64,000 nt of DNA from Chiloscyllium plagiosum. Lineage: Eukaryota. The stretch's first letter is position 1. Each line of letters starts with the position of its first letter. The notes under the pieces are model-generated. The model made no database searches. It was not told the origin of the DNA and saw only the letters and a program-made list of their open reading frames with translations. Made by a program: the position numbers and the translations under genes. The stretch spans positions 2,337,199 through 2,401,198 of the forward strand of contig NC_057759.1 of NCBI RefSeq assembly GCF_004010195.1, read 5' to 3'. Of the stretch, positions 14,560 through 26,718 are shown piece after piece.

Positions 14560-14765
14560 AGGCAAAAGTGAGGACTACAGATGCTGAAAACTAGAGTTTA
14601 CATTAGAGTGGTGCTGGAAAAGCACAGCAGGTCAGGCAGCATCCGAGGGGCAAAATCGACGTTTTGGGCAAAGCCCTTCATCAGAAATGGAGGCAAGTAG
14701 CCTCCANNNNNNNNNNTAAGGTGGGGGGAGGGGAAATGAGGAAACTGGTGAAGTCCGTGTTGCAG
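14560..14765 (-). mobile_element. Penelope-like element terminal fragment containing a 10-N assembly gap (14707-14716)
   Basis: GTGGTGCTGGAAAAGCACAGCAGGTCAGGCAGCATCCGAG block followed by a hammerhead-like motif. Confidence 0.6.
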
Positions 14766-15064
14766 GTAGGTGGTGCTTTTTTTTTGAAAGCTTGGAGTTT
14801 TTTTTTGTGAGAGCCTTTTTTGTGTAAGATGGCGGATTTGTTGTCTCTTCAGATGACAGTTGTTTCTCCCTTCTCTGTCCAATTTCTCCCGTCTTTATAC
14901 CTATGCTGATAAATTAATTTCTTCACAACTGGATCGCTCCAAGGCTGTCAACACTATCAGATTTGAGTTTAATTGGTGTTCAGTCTCGAAGTGCTTGATT
15001 TAAATTATTTCGCTAAGTTTGGAAAGACTTGCTGTGGTAAAATTGTGCTCGGTTGTTTGATCAC

Positions 15065-15872
15065 AGAACAGAGAACACTGCAGCATAGTACTGGCTCCTT
15101 CGGCCCTTGATGTTGTGCCAACCTTTTATCCTACTCTAAGATCAAACTAGTTTCATACCCTGCATACTACTAACGTCCATGCGCCAATCCAACGCTCGTT
15201 CATATGTACATAATGTATCTGATCGTACTATAACTGTGGGCAGTGCACTCAATGCACCCAATACTCCCTGTGTAAACAAACTACCACTGAAATCTCCCCA
15301 AACCTTTCTCCAATCACCTTAAAATTATGCCCCCCTCGTGACAGCCGTTTACACCCTCGGAATACCTCTCTGGCTATCTGCTTTATCTATGCCTCTCATC
15401 ATCGTATATGCCTCTATCAAGTCAACTCTCAACCTTGGTCGCTCCAATGAGAAAATCCCTAGCTTCCTCAGACTTTCTTCATAAGACATGCCCTACAGTC
15501 CAGGCAGCATCCTGGTAAATCTCGTCTGCACTATTTTTAAAGCTTCCATATCATTCCATACCAGAACTGAAGACAATATTCCAAGTTTGGTCTAACTAGG
15601 ACTCTATAGAGCTGCAGCATAGCGTCGCGGCTCTTAAACTTAATCCGCTTACTAATGAAAGCCAACACACCATATGCTTTCTTAACAACCCTACTAACTT
15701 GGGTGGAAACTTGGAGGAATCCATGGCTGTGGACTGTAACGTCCATCTGTTCCTCTGCACTGCCAAGAAAATACCCTTAACCTTGTAATCTGAATTCAAA
15801 GTCTAACTTCCAAAATAAAGCACGTCATAATTTTCCGGTTAGAATTCGATCTGCTATTCTCAGTCCAGCTCT
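15065..15872 (-). mobile_element. CR1/HER1-like LINE 3' fragment
   Basis: TQVSRVVKKAYGVLAFISKRIKFKSRDAMLQLYRVLVRPNLEYCLQFW. Confidence 0.88.
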
Positions 15873-15899
15873 GTTTTTCCAGCACCCCACTCTCGACAT

Positions 15900-16815
15900 A
15901 TGTGAATCATATAATCATGAAATTTTCCAGTTAACAAGAAGGCCATTTATGTTTATATCAGCTCCTGAAATAGCCACCCAGATTGTTCCACACTCCAGAT
16001 TTTTCTTCATTAGCCTCTATCATCATTAATTTCAAGTAAATATTCAGCTCTCTTTTCATAACTCATATGGAATGCATCTCTAGCACTCTCCCAGGCAGCG
16101 CATTATAAGCTCTAACAACTATCAGGGATGAACATTCTCCCCATCCCATTACTAGCTCTCTTGCTGACAGTCATGAAATTGTGATTCCTAGTAGGTAAAA
16201 TACCAACTACTGGAAACAGAGCATGCGTCTTCACCTTGTCAGAAATCTGCACGATTTTGAAAACCTCTATACCATCACCTCTGAATCTTCTCTGCTCCAA
16301 AGAGAACCAGTACGATTTCACTAATATTTCGTTGTCTGTAAAATTATTCATTCCTCCTTTCATTCCAGTAAATTTTCCTGAAACTTTCTCCAGAGCTCGA
16401 AGACCTTTACTTAAATAAGTCGCCCAGAACTGAACGCAATACACAAATAAAAATGGTCTGGATAATGATTTATAGAGGTGAAGCATCACTTCCTTGCTTT
16501 TATACTCAATGCTTCTATTTGTAACCCAAGGAGCCTATAAACTTTCTGAGTAAAAGTTTCAACTTGTCTGGCCATCTTCAGAAATGGTATGCATGAACAC
16601 CGACTTCCTGCTGCTCCAGTACTCCTCTCAATGATACATTGAGGCTGCATTATTTCCCTGTGTTTTTGTTCGCAAAATGAAATGACGACTTGGCCAATTT
16701 GTCAATCTCCCTGTCAATGTACTCAACATCATCGTCACAATTCATTATTCCCCGGGGTTGTTTCAACTGAAACTTAGAGATTTTATCCTCAACACCCATC
16801 TGTAAATCGTTTAGA
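15900..16815 (-). mobile_element. CR1-like LINE 3' fragment, a different and older subfamily
   Basis: MLHLYKSLSRP...YCVQFWATYLSKGLRALEKV..KFT...FSLEQRRFRGDGIEVFKI. Confidence 0.85.
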
Positions 16816-16829
16816 TAACAAATGTAGTT

Positions 16830-18080
16830 ATCTAATACACTTTTACCTGAATGTATCTGTATTTCCTATGTGTCCCTGTTAGCTTCTGCTTTGTAGATTG
16901 AGTGTCAATATAAATCCGCACATGTCAGTTTCAGCTTTGTAAATGTGTGAGTGTAGTTATTTATCTATGCCTGCATGTTTCTGCTGTATGAACATATCAG
17001 CATGCTTATCAATCTGTACTTGTCAATTTCCACTTAGTGATTATGTTTGTGTAATGCTCAGTTTCTAGCTGCCAGTTTCTGCTATGTTAGTATGTTAATT
17101 TAGTGATCTGCTGTCCTTGTCAGTTTCAGCTATGGCAATGTGTGTAATTGCCATTTTTCCCTTTCAGCTTCTGCTATGTGAACATATGAACTTAGTTAAT
17201 TGATTTTTGTTATCTATATCTGTCAATTTCTGAGATGTGAACGTGTTAGTATCATAAAACTTTCCCTGTCAGTTATTGTAATTTGACAATGTGACTACAG
17301 TTATCAAACTGTATCGGTCAGTTCCTGCTCTGAGAATATGCCAGTATAGTTATCAATATCTGCCTGTCAGTTTCTGAAAATATCAATATGAGTTTAGTTA
17401 GCAATCTGTATCCATTAGTGTCACGTGAATGTGTGAATGTAAATGTCCGTCTCAGTTACTGCCATGTGAATGCATGAATGTATTCATCATCCTATACATC
17501 TTAGTTTTTCCTTTGTAAATGTATAAGTGTAGTTATCTATCATTTTCTAATCTGTATCTGACATTTTCTGCTTTGTGCGCATGTGAGAAAAGGCATCAAT
17601 CTCCACCTCTCAGTTTCTGCCTCTTCAGTATGTCAACATACTTATCCAGTTGTACCTGTCAGTTTCTGCTTGTTGAATGTGTGAATGCAGTTATTATTAC
17701 GTATCTATGAGATGCTTATCTGTTAAAATGAGCAGTGTTATCAGACTGTAACTTCAATGTATGCACAGTGAAACTGGGAGTGTACTTACCATTTTGCTCC
17801 TGTCAGTTTTAGCTTTGTGAATGAGTGTGTAGTTAGTTATCTGTCCCTGATAGTTACTGAAATACGAATGTGTGACTGAAGTTACCAGAAACTAACAGAC
17901 AGAGTCGAATAACTATAGTCATATATTTGCACCGCTGTAACTGTATTGCCAACATTTATTTATGTGCTTCTGCAATGTAAAATAGTGGGTGTAGTGATAA
18001 GTCTGTTCTCACCAATTTCTCCTTTTGTGCATCAAAATTGATTATTTCTCTGGAAGCCGTAACATTTTCTGTGACTGTGT
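16830..18080. repeat. Diverged minisatellite array, unit about 49 bp
   Basis: Motif TGTCAGTTTCTGCT..GTGAA...GTTATCAATCTGTAC recurs at roughly 45-50 bp spacing. Confidence 0.7.
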
Positions 18081-19934
18081 ACTTATTACTGGGATGTTGA
18101 TAATAAGTCTTAATCTCTTCTACGTTTCGTGATGTACAACCTGACTATGGGGTAAGTGGGTTGGGAGGCGGGGAGGACAGGATACAGAGTAATGACAGGC
18201 AGAGTCGTGGCAAACCTCTTCTCTACGCTCTCCGTCATCGTTCCTGGGATGAGGCGGAGGATCGGGAAGTGGAAGAGATGCGGTGGAGGGCATCGTCGAC
18301 CACGTCGGGGGGGAAATTGCGGTCCTTGAAGAAGGAAGTGGAGGGCTTTGAGTCCTTCGTGATGGGGATGGAGGTGTACAGGGACTGGCTGTCCATGGTG
18401 AAAATAAGGCGTTGGGGACCGGGGAAGCGAAAATCATGGAGCAGGTGGAGGGCATGCGTGCTGTCCCGAACGTAGGTGGTGAGTTCTTGGACTAAGGTGG
18501 ACAGGACCGTGTCGAGGTATGCAGAGATGAGTTCGGTGGGGCAGGAGCAGGCGGAGACAATGGGTCGGCCGGGGCAGTCAGGTTTGTGGATTTTGGGCAG
18601 GAGGTAGAAGCGGGAGGTGCGGGGTTGACGGACTATGAGGTTGGAGGCGGTGGATGGGAGATCACCCGAGGTGATCAGGTTATGGACGGTCAATCTGTAC
18701 TTGTCAATTTCCACTTAGTGATTATGTTTGTGTAATTATTAGTTTATAGCTGCCAGTTTCTGCTATGTTAGTATGTGAATTTAGTGATCTGCTGTCCCTG
18801 TCAGTTTCAGCTATGACAATGTGTGTAATTGCCATTTTTCCCTTTCAGCTTCTGCTATGTGAACATATGAACTTAGTTAATTGATTTTTGTTATCTATAT
18901 CTGTCAATTTCTGAGATGTGAACGTGTTAGTATCATAAAACTTTCCCTGTCAGTTATTGTAATTTGACAATGTGACTACAGTTATCAAACTGTATCGGTC
19001 AGTTCCTGCTCTGAGAATATGCCAGTATAGTTATCAATATCTGCCTGTCAGTTTCTGAAAATATCAATATGAGTTTAGTTAGCAATCTGTATCCATTAGT
19101 GTCACGTGAATGTGTGAATGTAAATGTCCGTCTCAGTTACTGCCATGTGAATGCATGAATGTATTCATCATCCTATACATCTTAGTTTTTCCTTTGTAAA
19201 TGTATAAGTGTAGTTATCTATCATTTTCTAATCTGTATCTGACATTTTCTGCTTTGTGCGCATGTGAGAAAAGGCATCAATCTCCACCTCTCAGTTTCTG
19301 CCTCTTCAGTATGTCAACATACTTATCCAGTTGTACCTGTCAGTTTCTGCTTGTTGAATGTGTGAATGCAGTTATTATTACGTATCTATGAGATGCTTAT
19401 CTGTTAAAATGAGCAGTGTTATCAGACTGTAACTTCAATGTATGCACGGTGAAACTGGGAGTGTACTTACCATTTTGCTCCTGTCAGTTTTAGCTTTGTG
19501 AATGAGTGTGTAGTTAGTTATCTGTCCCTGATAGTTACTGAAATACGAATGTGTGACTGAAGTTACCAGAAACTAACAGACAGAGTCGAATAACTATAGT
19601 CATATATTTGCACCGCTGTAACTGTATTGCCAACATTTATTTATGTGCTTCTGCAATGTAAAATAGTGGGTGTAGTGATAAGTCTGTTCTCACCAATTTC
19701 TCCTTTTGTGCATCAAAATTGATTATTTCTCTGGAAGCCGTAACATTTTCTGTGACTGTGTACTTATTACTGGGATGTTGATAATAAGTCTTAATCTCTT
19801 CTACGTTTCGTGATGTACAACCTGACTATGGGGTAAGTGGGTTGGGAGGCGGGGAGGACAGGATACAGAGTAATGACAGGCAGAGTCGTGGCAAACCTCT
19901 TCTCTACGCTCTCCGTCATCGTTCCTGGGATGAG
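17009..19934 (+). repeat. Near-identical 1245-bp direct duplication (17009-18253 and 18690-19934)
   Basis: Constant offset of 1681 bp; identical 63-aa spurious ORFs at 17519 and 19200; only a handful of substitutions seen. Confidence 0.95.
18254..18689 (-). mobile_element. Penelope-like retroelement RT fragment
   Basis: RFYLLPKIHKPDCPGRPIVSACSCPTE and FTMDSQSLYTSIP are PLE RT motifs; the sequence then jumps to the post-RT segment FFKDRNFP.DVVDDAL. Confidence 0.88.
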
Positions 19935-21900
19935 TTGAGGAGAATTGAACACAATACTCTATGTGGCCTAAACAAAGCATTTTAAAGGTGCAACGTGATA
20001 TCCTGACTCTTGTGCTCATTTCCCTTAAAAATAAGGGCAAGCATGCCATACGCCTTCATCACCAACTTTTGTACTTCTGTGACCACTTTCGGTGAGCTCT
20101 GGACTGGAACTCCAATGCTGTACATTTGTGCTATTCAGGGCCTTGTCTTATATTGTACATTTTCCTTTAACATTTGATCTCCAAAATTGCAGCACCACGC
20201 ATTTACCCGGATTAAACTCCATCTGCCCTTTCTCCGCCAGAATCTGCAAATGATCTCGGTCCCACTGTATGCTTTGACAAAATCTGCATGATTTACAAAT
20301 CCACCGAACTTTGTATTATCTGCAAACTTTCTAAACCAACAATCGACATTTTCATGCAAGTCATTCATATATATATCACAAATAGCAGATGTCCTTGTGG
20401 GATGCCATGGAATTCCAGTCTGAAAAACAACATTTCACCACTACTCTCTGCTTTCTATGTGCAAGCCAATCTGAATCCATGTGGCCAGATCACCCGTGGA
20501 TCCCATGCATCTTAATCTTCTGGATGAGTCTGTCATGACAGAACTTGTCGAAAGCCTTAACAAAATCCAAGTAGCCAACATCCACTGCTCTAGCCTCATC
20601 TATCACTTGTCATCTCCTAGAAAAAAATCAATCAAGTTAGTAATAACGTGCCATGATCACTGTCCTTAATTTGACCATGCTTTTCCAAATCCATGTAAAC
20701 CTTATTACTAAGAACTCTCTCCGTTACCTTCCCAAATGATAGTGTAAGACTCACCGATCTATAGTTTCCTGGATTATCCCTATTTCCGTACTTGAACAGA
20801 GGAACGTCATTAGCTACTCACCAGTACTCCAGGACCTCTCTAATAACTAAAGAGGATAATAATATCTTGGTCAATGGCCCAGCAGATTCCTTTCTTCCCT
20901 CTCTCATTAACGTGTAGTAGATACGTTGACTTAACCACCTTAATAGTCTTCAAGAGACCCAACACCACTTCTGTTTTGATCTCAAAATACCATAGCATAT
21001 CAACCTACCGCACACAAATCCTACTATCCTCTATATCCTTCTTCTGTGTGAATAATGGTACAAAGTACACATTTATGATACCACATACGTCCTCTGCCGT
21101 CAAGCATAAGATCCCTTCATTGTACTCGAATGTTCCTACCTTCTCGCTGGTTATCCTTTTTTATTATATATGTATAGAAAGTCTTGGCATTCTCTTTAAA
21201 CGTATTGCCAAGGTCATTTCATGGCTCCTTCTTGCTCTCTTATTCCCTGCTTGAGTTCTTTCCTACTTTCTTTATATTCCTCACAGGCCCTGTCGCATTA
21301 TGGTGTCCTAAACTTTAAATATGCTTCTTTTTTCCATTTGATGAAATTCATAACCTCCCTCTTTACCCAAGGGTCTCTTACCTTGCCATGTTTGTCCTTC
21401 TTCCTTACTAGAATATGCCAGTCCTGAACACTCATGAGCACGTCTGCAATCAATTCCCACATGTCAAATTTGAACTCGCCTGATAACACCAACTCCCAAT
21501 TATCGCTCCTTAGCTCCTGCCTAATGCTGACTTTATTTGCGCCCTCAATTTAACACCTTCTGTCAAGGTCATGACTTATGTTTTTCATAGCTAGCTTAAA
21601 ACGTTAGTTCAGTCTTTCCAAAATGCTGTCCCACTTCAATGTCAGTCACCTGGCCTGGTTCATTAGACAGTACAAGGTTCAGTCTGGCCCTTCTCCAGTT
21701 GGACTATCCACATATTGTTTCATGAAACCTACTTGGAGGCACTCAACAAGTGCTGAGCCATCGAAGATTATTACTCTAAGGGAAGTCGAGTCAAAGTAGG
21801 GGAAATTAAAGTCATCCAATATAACAACTCTTTTATTGCATCTTTCCATAATCTGCCTACATATTTGTTGTTCAATGCCCCACATGCTGTTTGGGGGTGG
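19870..21900 (-). mobile_element. CR1-like LINE ORF2 remnant (endonuclease to RT C-terminus), degraded
   Basis: VVILDDFNFP, QYVDSPT, KFADNTKFGG and HIEYCVQF motifs in order across several frames. Confidence 0.85.
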
Positions 21901-22055
21901 GGGGAGGAGGGGCGTGGCTATTGCATAATCCTATCAGAGTGATTGCACCCATCTCATGTCTTCACTGTGCCCATATTGCCTCGGTAGATTGCCCTCCAGT
22001 ATGGACTCTCTGGCATGCAGATATAGGATTCTCTCTGATTAATAATTAGCAACTG

Positions 22056-22097
22056 GGTGGCACGGTGGCACAGTGGTTAGCACTGCTGCCTCACAGC
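22056..22097 (+). mobile_element. HE1 SINE 5' head only, between two copies of a 144-bp duplication
   Basis: GGTGGCACGGTGGCACAGTGGTTAGCACTGCTGCCTCACAGC. Confidence 0.75.
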
Positions 22098-23024
22098 AGG
22101 GGTGTGTGCGTGGCTATTGCATAATCCTATCAGAGTGATTGCACCCATCTCATGTCTTCACTGTGCCCATATTGCCTCGGTATATTGCCCTACAGTATGG
22201 ACTCTCTGTCATGCAGATAAAGGATTCTCTCTGATTAATAATTAGCAACTGACTACTTTTTAACCAAGAAAATCTATATTCATGCCGTTTGTAAGCTGAT
22301 TCGCTGTGCATACGTCAACACCATTGTAGCCCCAATTTCCTTTAAGATCACCACTTAATAATCCCTTTCCCTGGTTATTCATGTCTCTTTCATTCTGTCC
22401 AAAGGAAATGTCCCTGCTTTTGTGGCCAACTTATCCTGAACAACGGACGATCATTGCACCCGTTTCTTGGAACTTTGCACATTTGTATTTTCTCTCTTTA
22501 TGATGTCTAAACGGAATGGATTATGTAGTCATATCGGTTTTGGGGTAGTGCATTGATTAGTGGAGAAGTGCCAGTTTATGTATGTATCCAATTTTTATTC
22601 TTTCATGGGGATCAACTGTCATTGGAAAGGCCAGCGTTACATGTTCCTTTTATTTCAGATAACCTCTTAACACGATATTACCAGTTGTCTAGAGTCACAC
22701 ATCATGTACAACAGATCAAAGTCACAAGGAATATTTCCAAACATTTCAGTGTCGGAACAGATTTTTTTCATCGTTTGCCATCTAACAGTTGGGTGATCTG
22801 TGCTAATTCGAAGGCATCATTATTCCAGGCGTCAGCAAAGTTTAAAGAGACTATGTTGGACATAGTTAATGCTGATTTCAGGTTTCAATTCAAGCCTCTG
22901 TAATTTGTTTTGAGTAGACGACATCTTTTTGAAAGATTATAATATGATTAGATACTTCATAATTTTGCCAGATTTTGCAATGTAAGAGAAGTATTGTTTA
23001 ATGTGACGTTGCAACATGGAGCAA

Positions 23025-23413
23025 CATTATGATGGGAGGGGATCTAATAGAAGTGACTAAGATCATGCGAGTCATGGATAGGTTGAATGCACTCTGTCTT
23101 TTCACCAGACTTGCAGAATCAAGGACTAGAGGACATCAGTTTAAGTTCAATGGTGAAAGAAGCACAGCGAAACTGAGGCCAAGTTTTTGAAAAGAGGGTG
23201 GTACACATATGGGATGAGCTGCTAGCAGAAGTGGTTTATGTGGGTACATTAACAACATTTGAAAGGTATTTAGACAAATACATGGGTTGAAAAGTTTAGA
23301 AGAATATGGTCCAAGTGCAGGGAAATTGAGTTAGCGTTGATGGACATTTTGATCGGCATGGAGCTGTTTTGCCGAAGGGCCTGTCTCTGTGCTGTTGGGC
23401 TCTATGACTCTAT
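23025..23413 (+). mobile_element. CR1/HER1-like LINE 3' end
   Basis: GDLIEV.KIM and TRGHQFK motifs; ends GCCGAAGGGCCTGTCTCTGTGCTGT...CTCTATGACTCTATG. Confidence 0.85.
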
Positions 23414-24469
23414 GGCTGATTCCCTGACATTTAGCAATCTGTATTAAGGCGCTCGGTTATATTCAGTGCACAATTATTTTCAAATTGTTGTATGAGTTTG
23501 AAATTCTCCAGCAATCTCTTTGGAAAAGTAACGTCAGATGATGTATTAGTTAAGTGTTGCAATGTATGTTAATTTAATCCACTTCACTTACTTAATGAGT
23601 ATCAAGATTTAAAAAGGAAAGGCACATCCCTGCGGACTACCATTTGTCACAGTGCACTCAAACAGCCTGACAGACCGTTGTCACATAAACAAATATAGTT
23701 CATGGCTTGTCAAAATAGATCGTGTTGATGGAGTAAATTACACTGGAAGTTTTAGTACAAGAACAAAGTAAGCCCCGCCGCTAACTACTGATGATGTTAT
23801 CATTTCAATATTTCAATTTTAAAATTTATTTTGCTTCACTTCATGAATGTTCGTTTCATGCTTTGATCTGTGCAAGCATAGTGTCTATGGTCACCATAAG
23901 AAGTTGGTGGTTTTACTGTCAGCTATATGCCGAAAGCAATCCAACAAAATTACGTAATAGTTTATATGGAGGCGACAGACTGCCCGGATAAAACAAGATT
24001 AGCTCTATTTCGCCACATCACCCTCGACTGATTGGAAAAGAAGTATATTTTAGCGAGGGTCTCGATTTCAAGAAGTGTAATGTAGAGAAACCACGATAGC
24101 CGACATGAAAGGCAACATCCAGCTGAGCAGCTTACACTTTTTAGAGTTATACAGTTTGAAACTGAAAGTAACTGGAGAATATACAAAAGGGGTTCTACTG
24201 AAACGGTTTTTTAGCAGTCGCAGGTTCAAAAAGGAGACATCACTGAAATCGAGTGTAACAAGCCCAAAGTCTTGGGCATCAGAAAGATGCCAGTAGCCAC
24301 GTGAGATGCCCTTCAGTAACCATGAATTCACTACTCCTGCATTCTTGCCTGGGATGTGATGGTCCGTCTACAACAAACCTTTCTTGCCCATCCCGAATTG
24401 ACTTCTGGAAATTTGTGTTGAGCGACATGATTGATTCACTGAATTCTGCCACATGTTCTTGTTACGTTC

Positions 24470-24815
24470 TTGGGATAAGGGCATCGTTGGACAAGCCAGC
24501 ATTTGTTGTCAATCCTTAATTGCTCAGAGGGCACTTATGAGTCAACCATATTTGTGTCGGCCTGGAGTCACATGTAGGCCAGACCAGGTAAGGATGGCAG
24601 ATTCCTTCCCTGAAGGATATAAGGTGACCAGATGATTTTCTTTTACTGAAAATCAGCAGTGGTCTCATGGTGGTCATTAGACTCTTACTTTCAAATTTAA
24701 CTGAGTTCAAATTAGACAATTTGTTATGACAGGATTTGAACCCGGGATTCCATAGTATTTGCAGAATCTCCGGATTAACAGTCTAAGCGATAATACCACT
24801 CGGCCATTGCCTCCC
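24470..24815 (-). mobile_element. tRNA-derived SINE of a second family
   Basis: Minus strand starts GGGAGGCAATGGCCGAGTGG (A box) with GGTTCAAATCC (B box); related pieces at about 36125-36275 and 60160-60235. Confidence 0.7.
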
Positions 24816-25807
24816 AACCGACCCACAAAAATCTTCATAGGAAGGTCTCAATTTTCCAAAAGATTGGAATGCCAAGTTGGTTACGTGAATGAAATGAAAT
24901 TCAGCAGATGTCATATATGGCTATCTGACTGTTGTTAATACATTGCTCCATCCCACCACCATCTCACCCCTCTCACCATCCACCTTCCGACCCATCTCCA
25001 CGACATCCAAGAAACACTGTGTGACAACACTTCCCCAGATGGTATCATTCCAATGTTGGTCTACAAAATTTAATTGCACTCCAAGTCTTATTTAGTTTCG
25101 AGAACTTACATAGAGGCTCATTTGAAAAACTGGTGTCTTATTCAAAACTGTATATTGATTTCGATCCTTCCCTTGTATCTCTTGTGAATCTTGATGCTAA
25201 AACAGAAAGGAATGCAATTGGTGTCTTAGTGAGGATATGTTTCCTCTTCTGGGCACTTCGTAAAAGGTTAATTCTGAATGTAATGTTTCAATTTGTTTTT
25301 AGTCCGAGGTTTTCCAAACTGAATCAAGCTATGGTTATACTTCATGATACACTTCTTTATTCAACATGTTTACTTCAACAGACTTTATGGAATCTGTGGA
25401 GCCATGACTGCATACAAATATCAGGTAAAACATGGTCCAGGGGCTTTATTTATCTTTTATAAGAACAGCTGTTACAGTGAATAAAAATAAGAACGGCATT
25501 GGATTTACAGAAGGTCTACATTTGCGCACTTTTCTGGCATTAATATGAACGTGTATGGATATCTGAGTGGCTTTGAGAATCTGAAAATGAAACCATTATA
25601 GTAAAGCAAAGCAGGAAACATAAGTTAACATTCCTATCATACGCTCTAAGGTGGTGAAGCGCCTTGTTGCTCCTCTGGCCCAGACTTTGTACACATTGCT
25701 AGCATTATGAAAATCGCAATAATTACCAGTATTACGCATTTAATAAACATTTGGAATTCAGAATGAAAATGCAGACTTCGGTTGTTGAATTATGTATTTG
25801 CTTGTTC

Positions 25808-26718
25808 TCAATATTTATATTTACTATATACTTGAATGATTAACAAAACTGGATATTGCATTGCGTTCTTGAGCTGCCGTCTAAACCTGGACTGGGTCAC
25901 CACGTAAATAAATGTGTTTGTGCAGCAATTTAAGTTCACCAACATATACCCAACTCGTTGAAATATATGTTCAGAAGCATTATAGTTCTCAATACTTTTA
26001 CCTGTAATGTTATAATACATGAACTCTATAACAGACAGCAACCAAAGCAATATGAACGTGCCAGAAATGGTGAAGAGTAAAATTACGGACTTGCGTCTGC
26101 TCTCCATCTCTGAGTCATTGTGTTTCTCTTCTTTGTTCTGACACTTCAGTACCTTACGGATGCGAGTAGCCACTAAAATGCGTTGAACTGTCATAGCATT
26201 GAGCAATAAGATGAAAGTGAATGGAAGCAATGGGGTGATAATCCTGTCAAACCAATCAAATACCATCCATCCAGGCTCAGTAAAATAGCTTGGCTTTACT
26301 AGACACAACCATGGTATATTATCAATTATTTCTCCAGGTTCCACTACAAAGTAGAAGGGAATGTTTTTCATACCCAGCAGAATGCAGGTCGTTGCTAAAA
26401 CTACTGCTGCAGTTTTGCCAGTGCAATATATTATCTTCAGCTTCTGGCAACAAATTGCCACAAATCGATCAAGGGAGAAAGTGATGGTGAACCAGACCGA
26501 GCAGTCTGTGGCGATACGACTCATGAGGAAGATGCTATTGCACACAGGGGTTATATTCAGGAAAGATTCTGGAAAATAATAATAATTGATCCGATACAGT
26601 ACGATATCAGTGATAATGAACAGTAGATCTGCAACAGCCATTGCTGTGAGGTACCGTGTGGTGCAGGTGGAAAGGCCACACTTTGCTTGAGCGAGTACTC
26701 CAATTCCCACGAAATTAA
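25808..26718 (-). CDS. GPR139-like: GPR139/GPR142-like class A GPCR, coding exon 2 (end of TM1 to stop)
   Basis: Open frame of 300 aa with rhodopsin-family hallmarks: TM2 AMAVADL, TM3 SLDRFVAICCQ, Cys in ECL2, TM6 FILLW, TM7 CCTNTFIY. Acceptor tttgtacAG at 26720-26719 precedes TT AAT TTC GTG, so the track's GTG start at 26710 is an internal Val. Confidence 0.92.

Larger units (their letters stand above)
2900..15065 (-). mobile_element. Degenerate Gmr1-like (Ty3/Gypsy) LTR retrotransposon, outer host element
   Basis: Minus-strand order: LTR (from 14054 upward), degenerate PBS about 14031-14052, gag (ILLEEFKNSLPEMVRNHIEEQK about 13000-13075, continuing about 7300-7700), protease region about 7000-7200, integrase Zn finger (HFYWLGLHKDVV, CHMYQIVGKP about 6330-6500), RT (VMPFGMNSAPATFQRLVN about 4600-4650), RNase H about 3870-4200, purine tract, then TGTTAC at 3634. 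Segments 2940-3125 and 14880-15065 are diverged homologs. Outer ends are uncertain. Confidence 0.75.

Noticed and set aside
16830..19760. Regularly spaced motif resembling a CRISPR-like repeat-spacer array
   Set aside because: Units are homologous over their full length with no invariant repeat or unique spacers, there are no cas-like ORFs, and the context is vertebrate.
22553..22903. 116-aa ORF, and similar ORFs at 32825-33231 and 62219-62731
   Set aside because: No recognisable motifs or exon structure; lengths are compatible with chance or repeat-derived sequence.
24735..24815. tRNA-like sequence with A and B boxes (also the HE1 heads at 3166, 22056, 47588, 52642)
   Set aside because: These are SINE heads continuing into SINE bodies; no complete cloverleaf could be built.
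26708..26710. GTG start of the 300-aa GPCR ORF in the ORF track
   Set aside because: It lies 8 nt inside exon 2 after a splice acceptor, and starting there would remove most of TM1.
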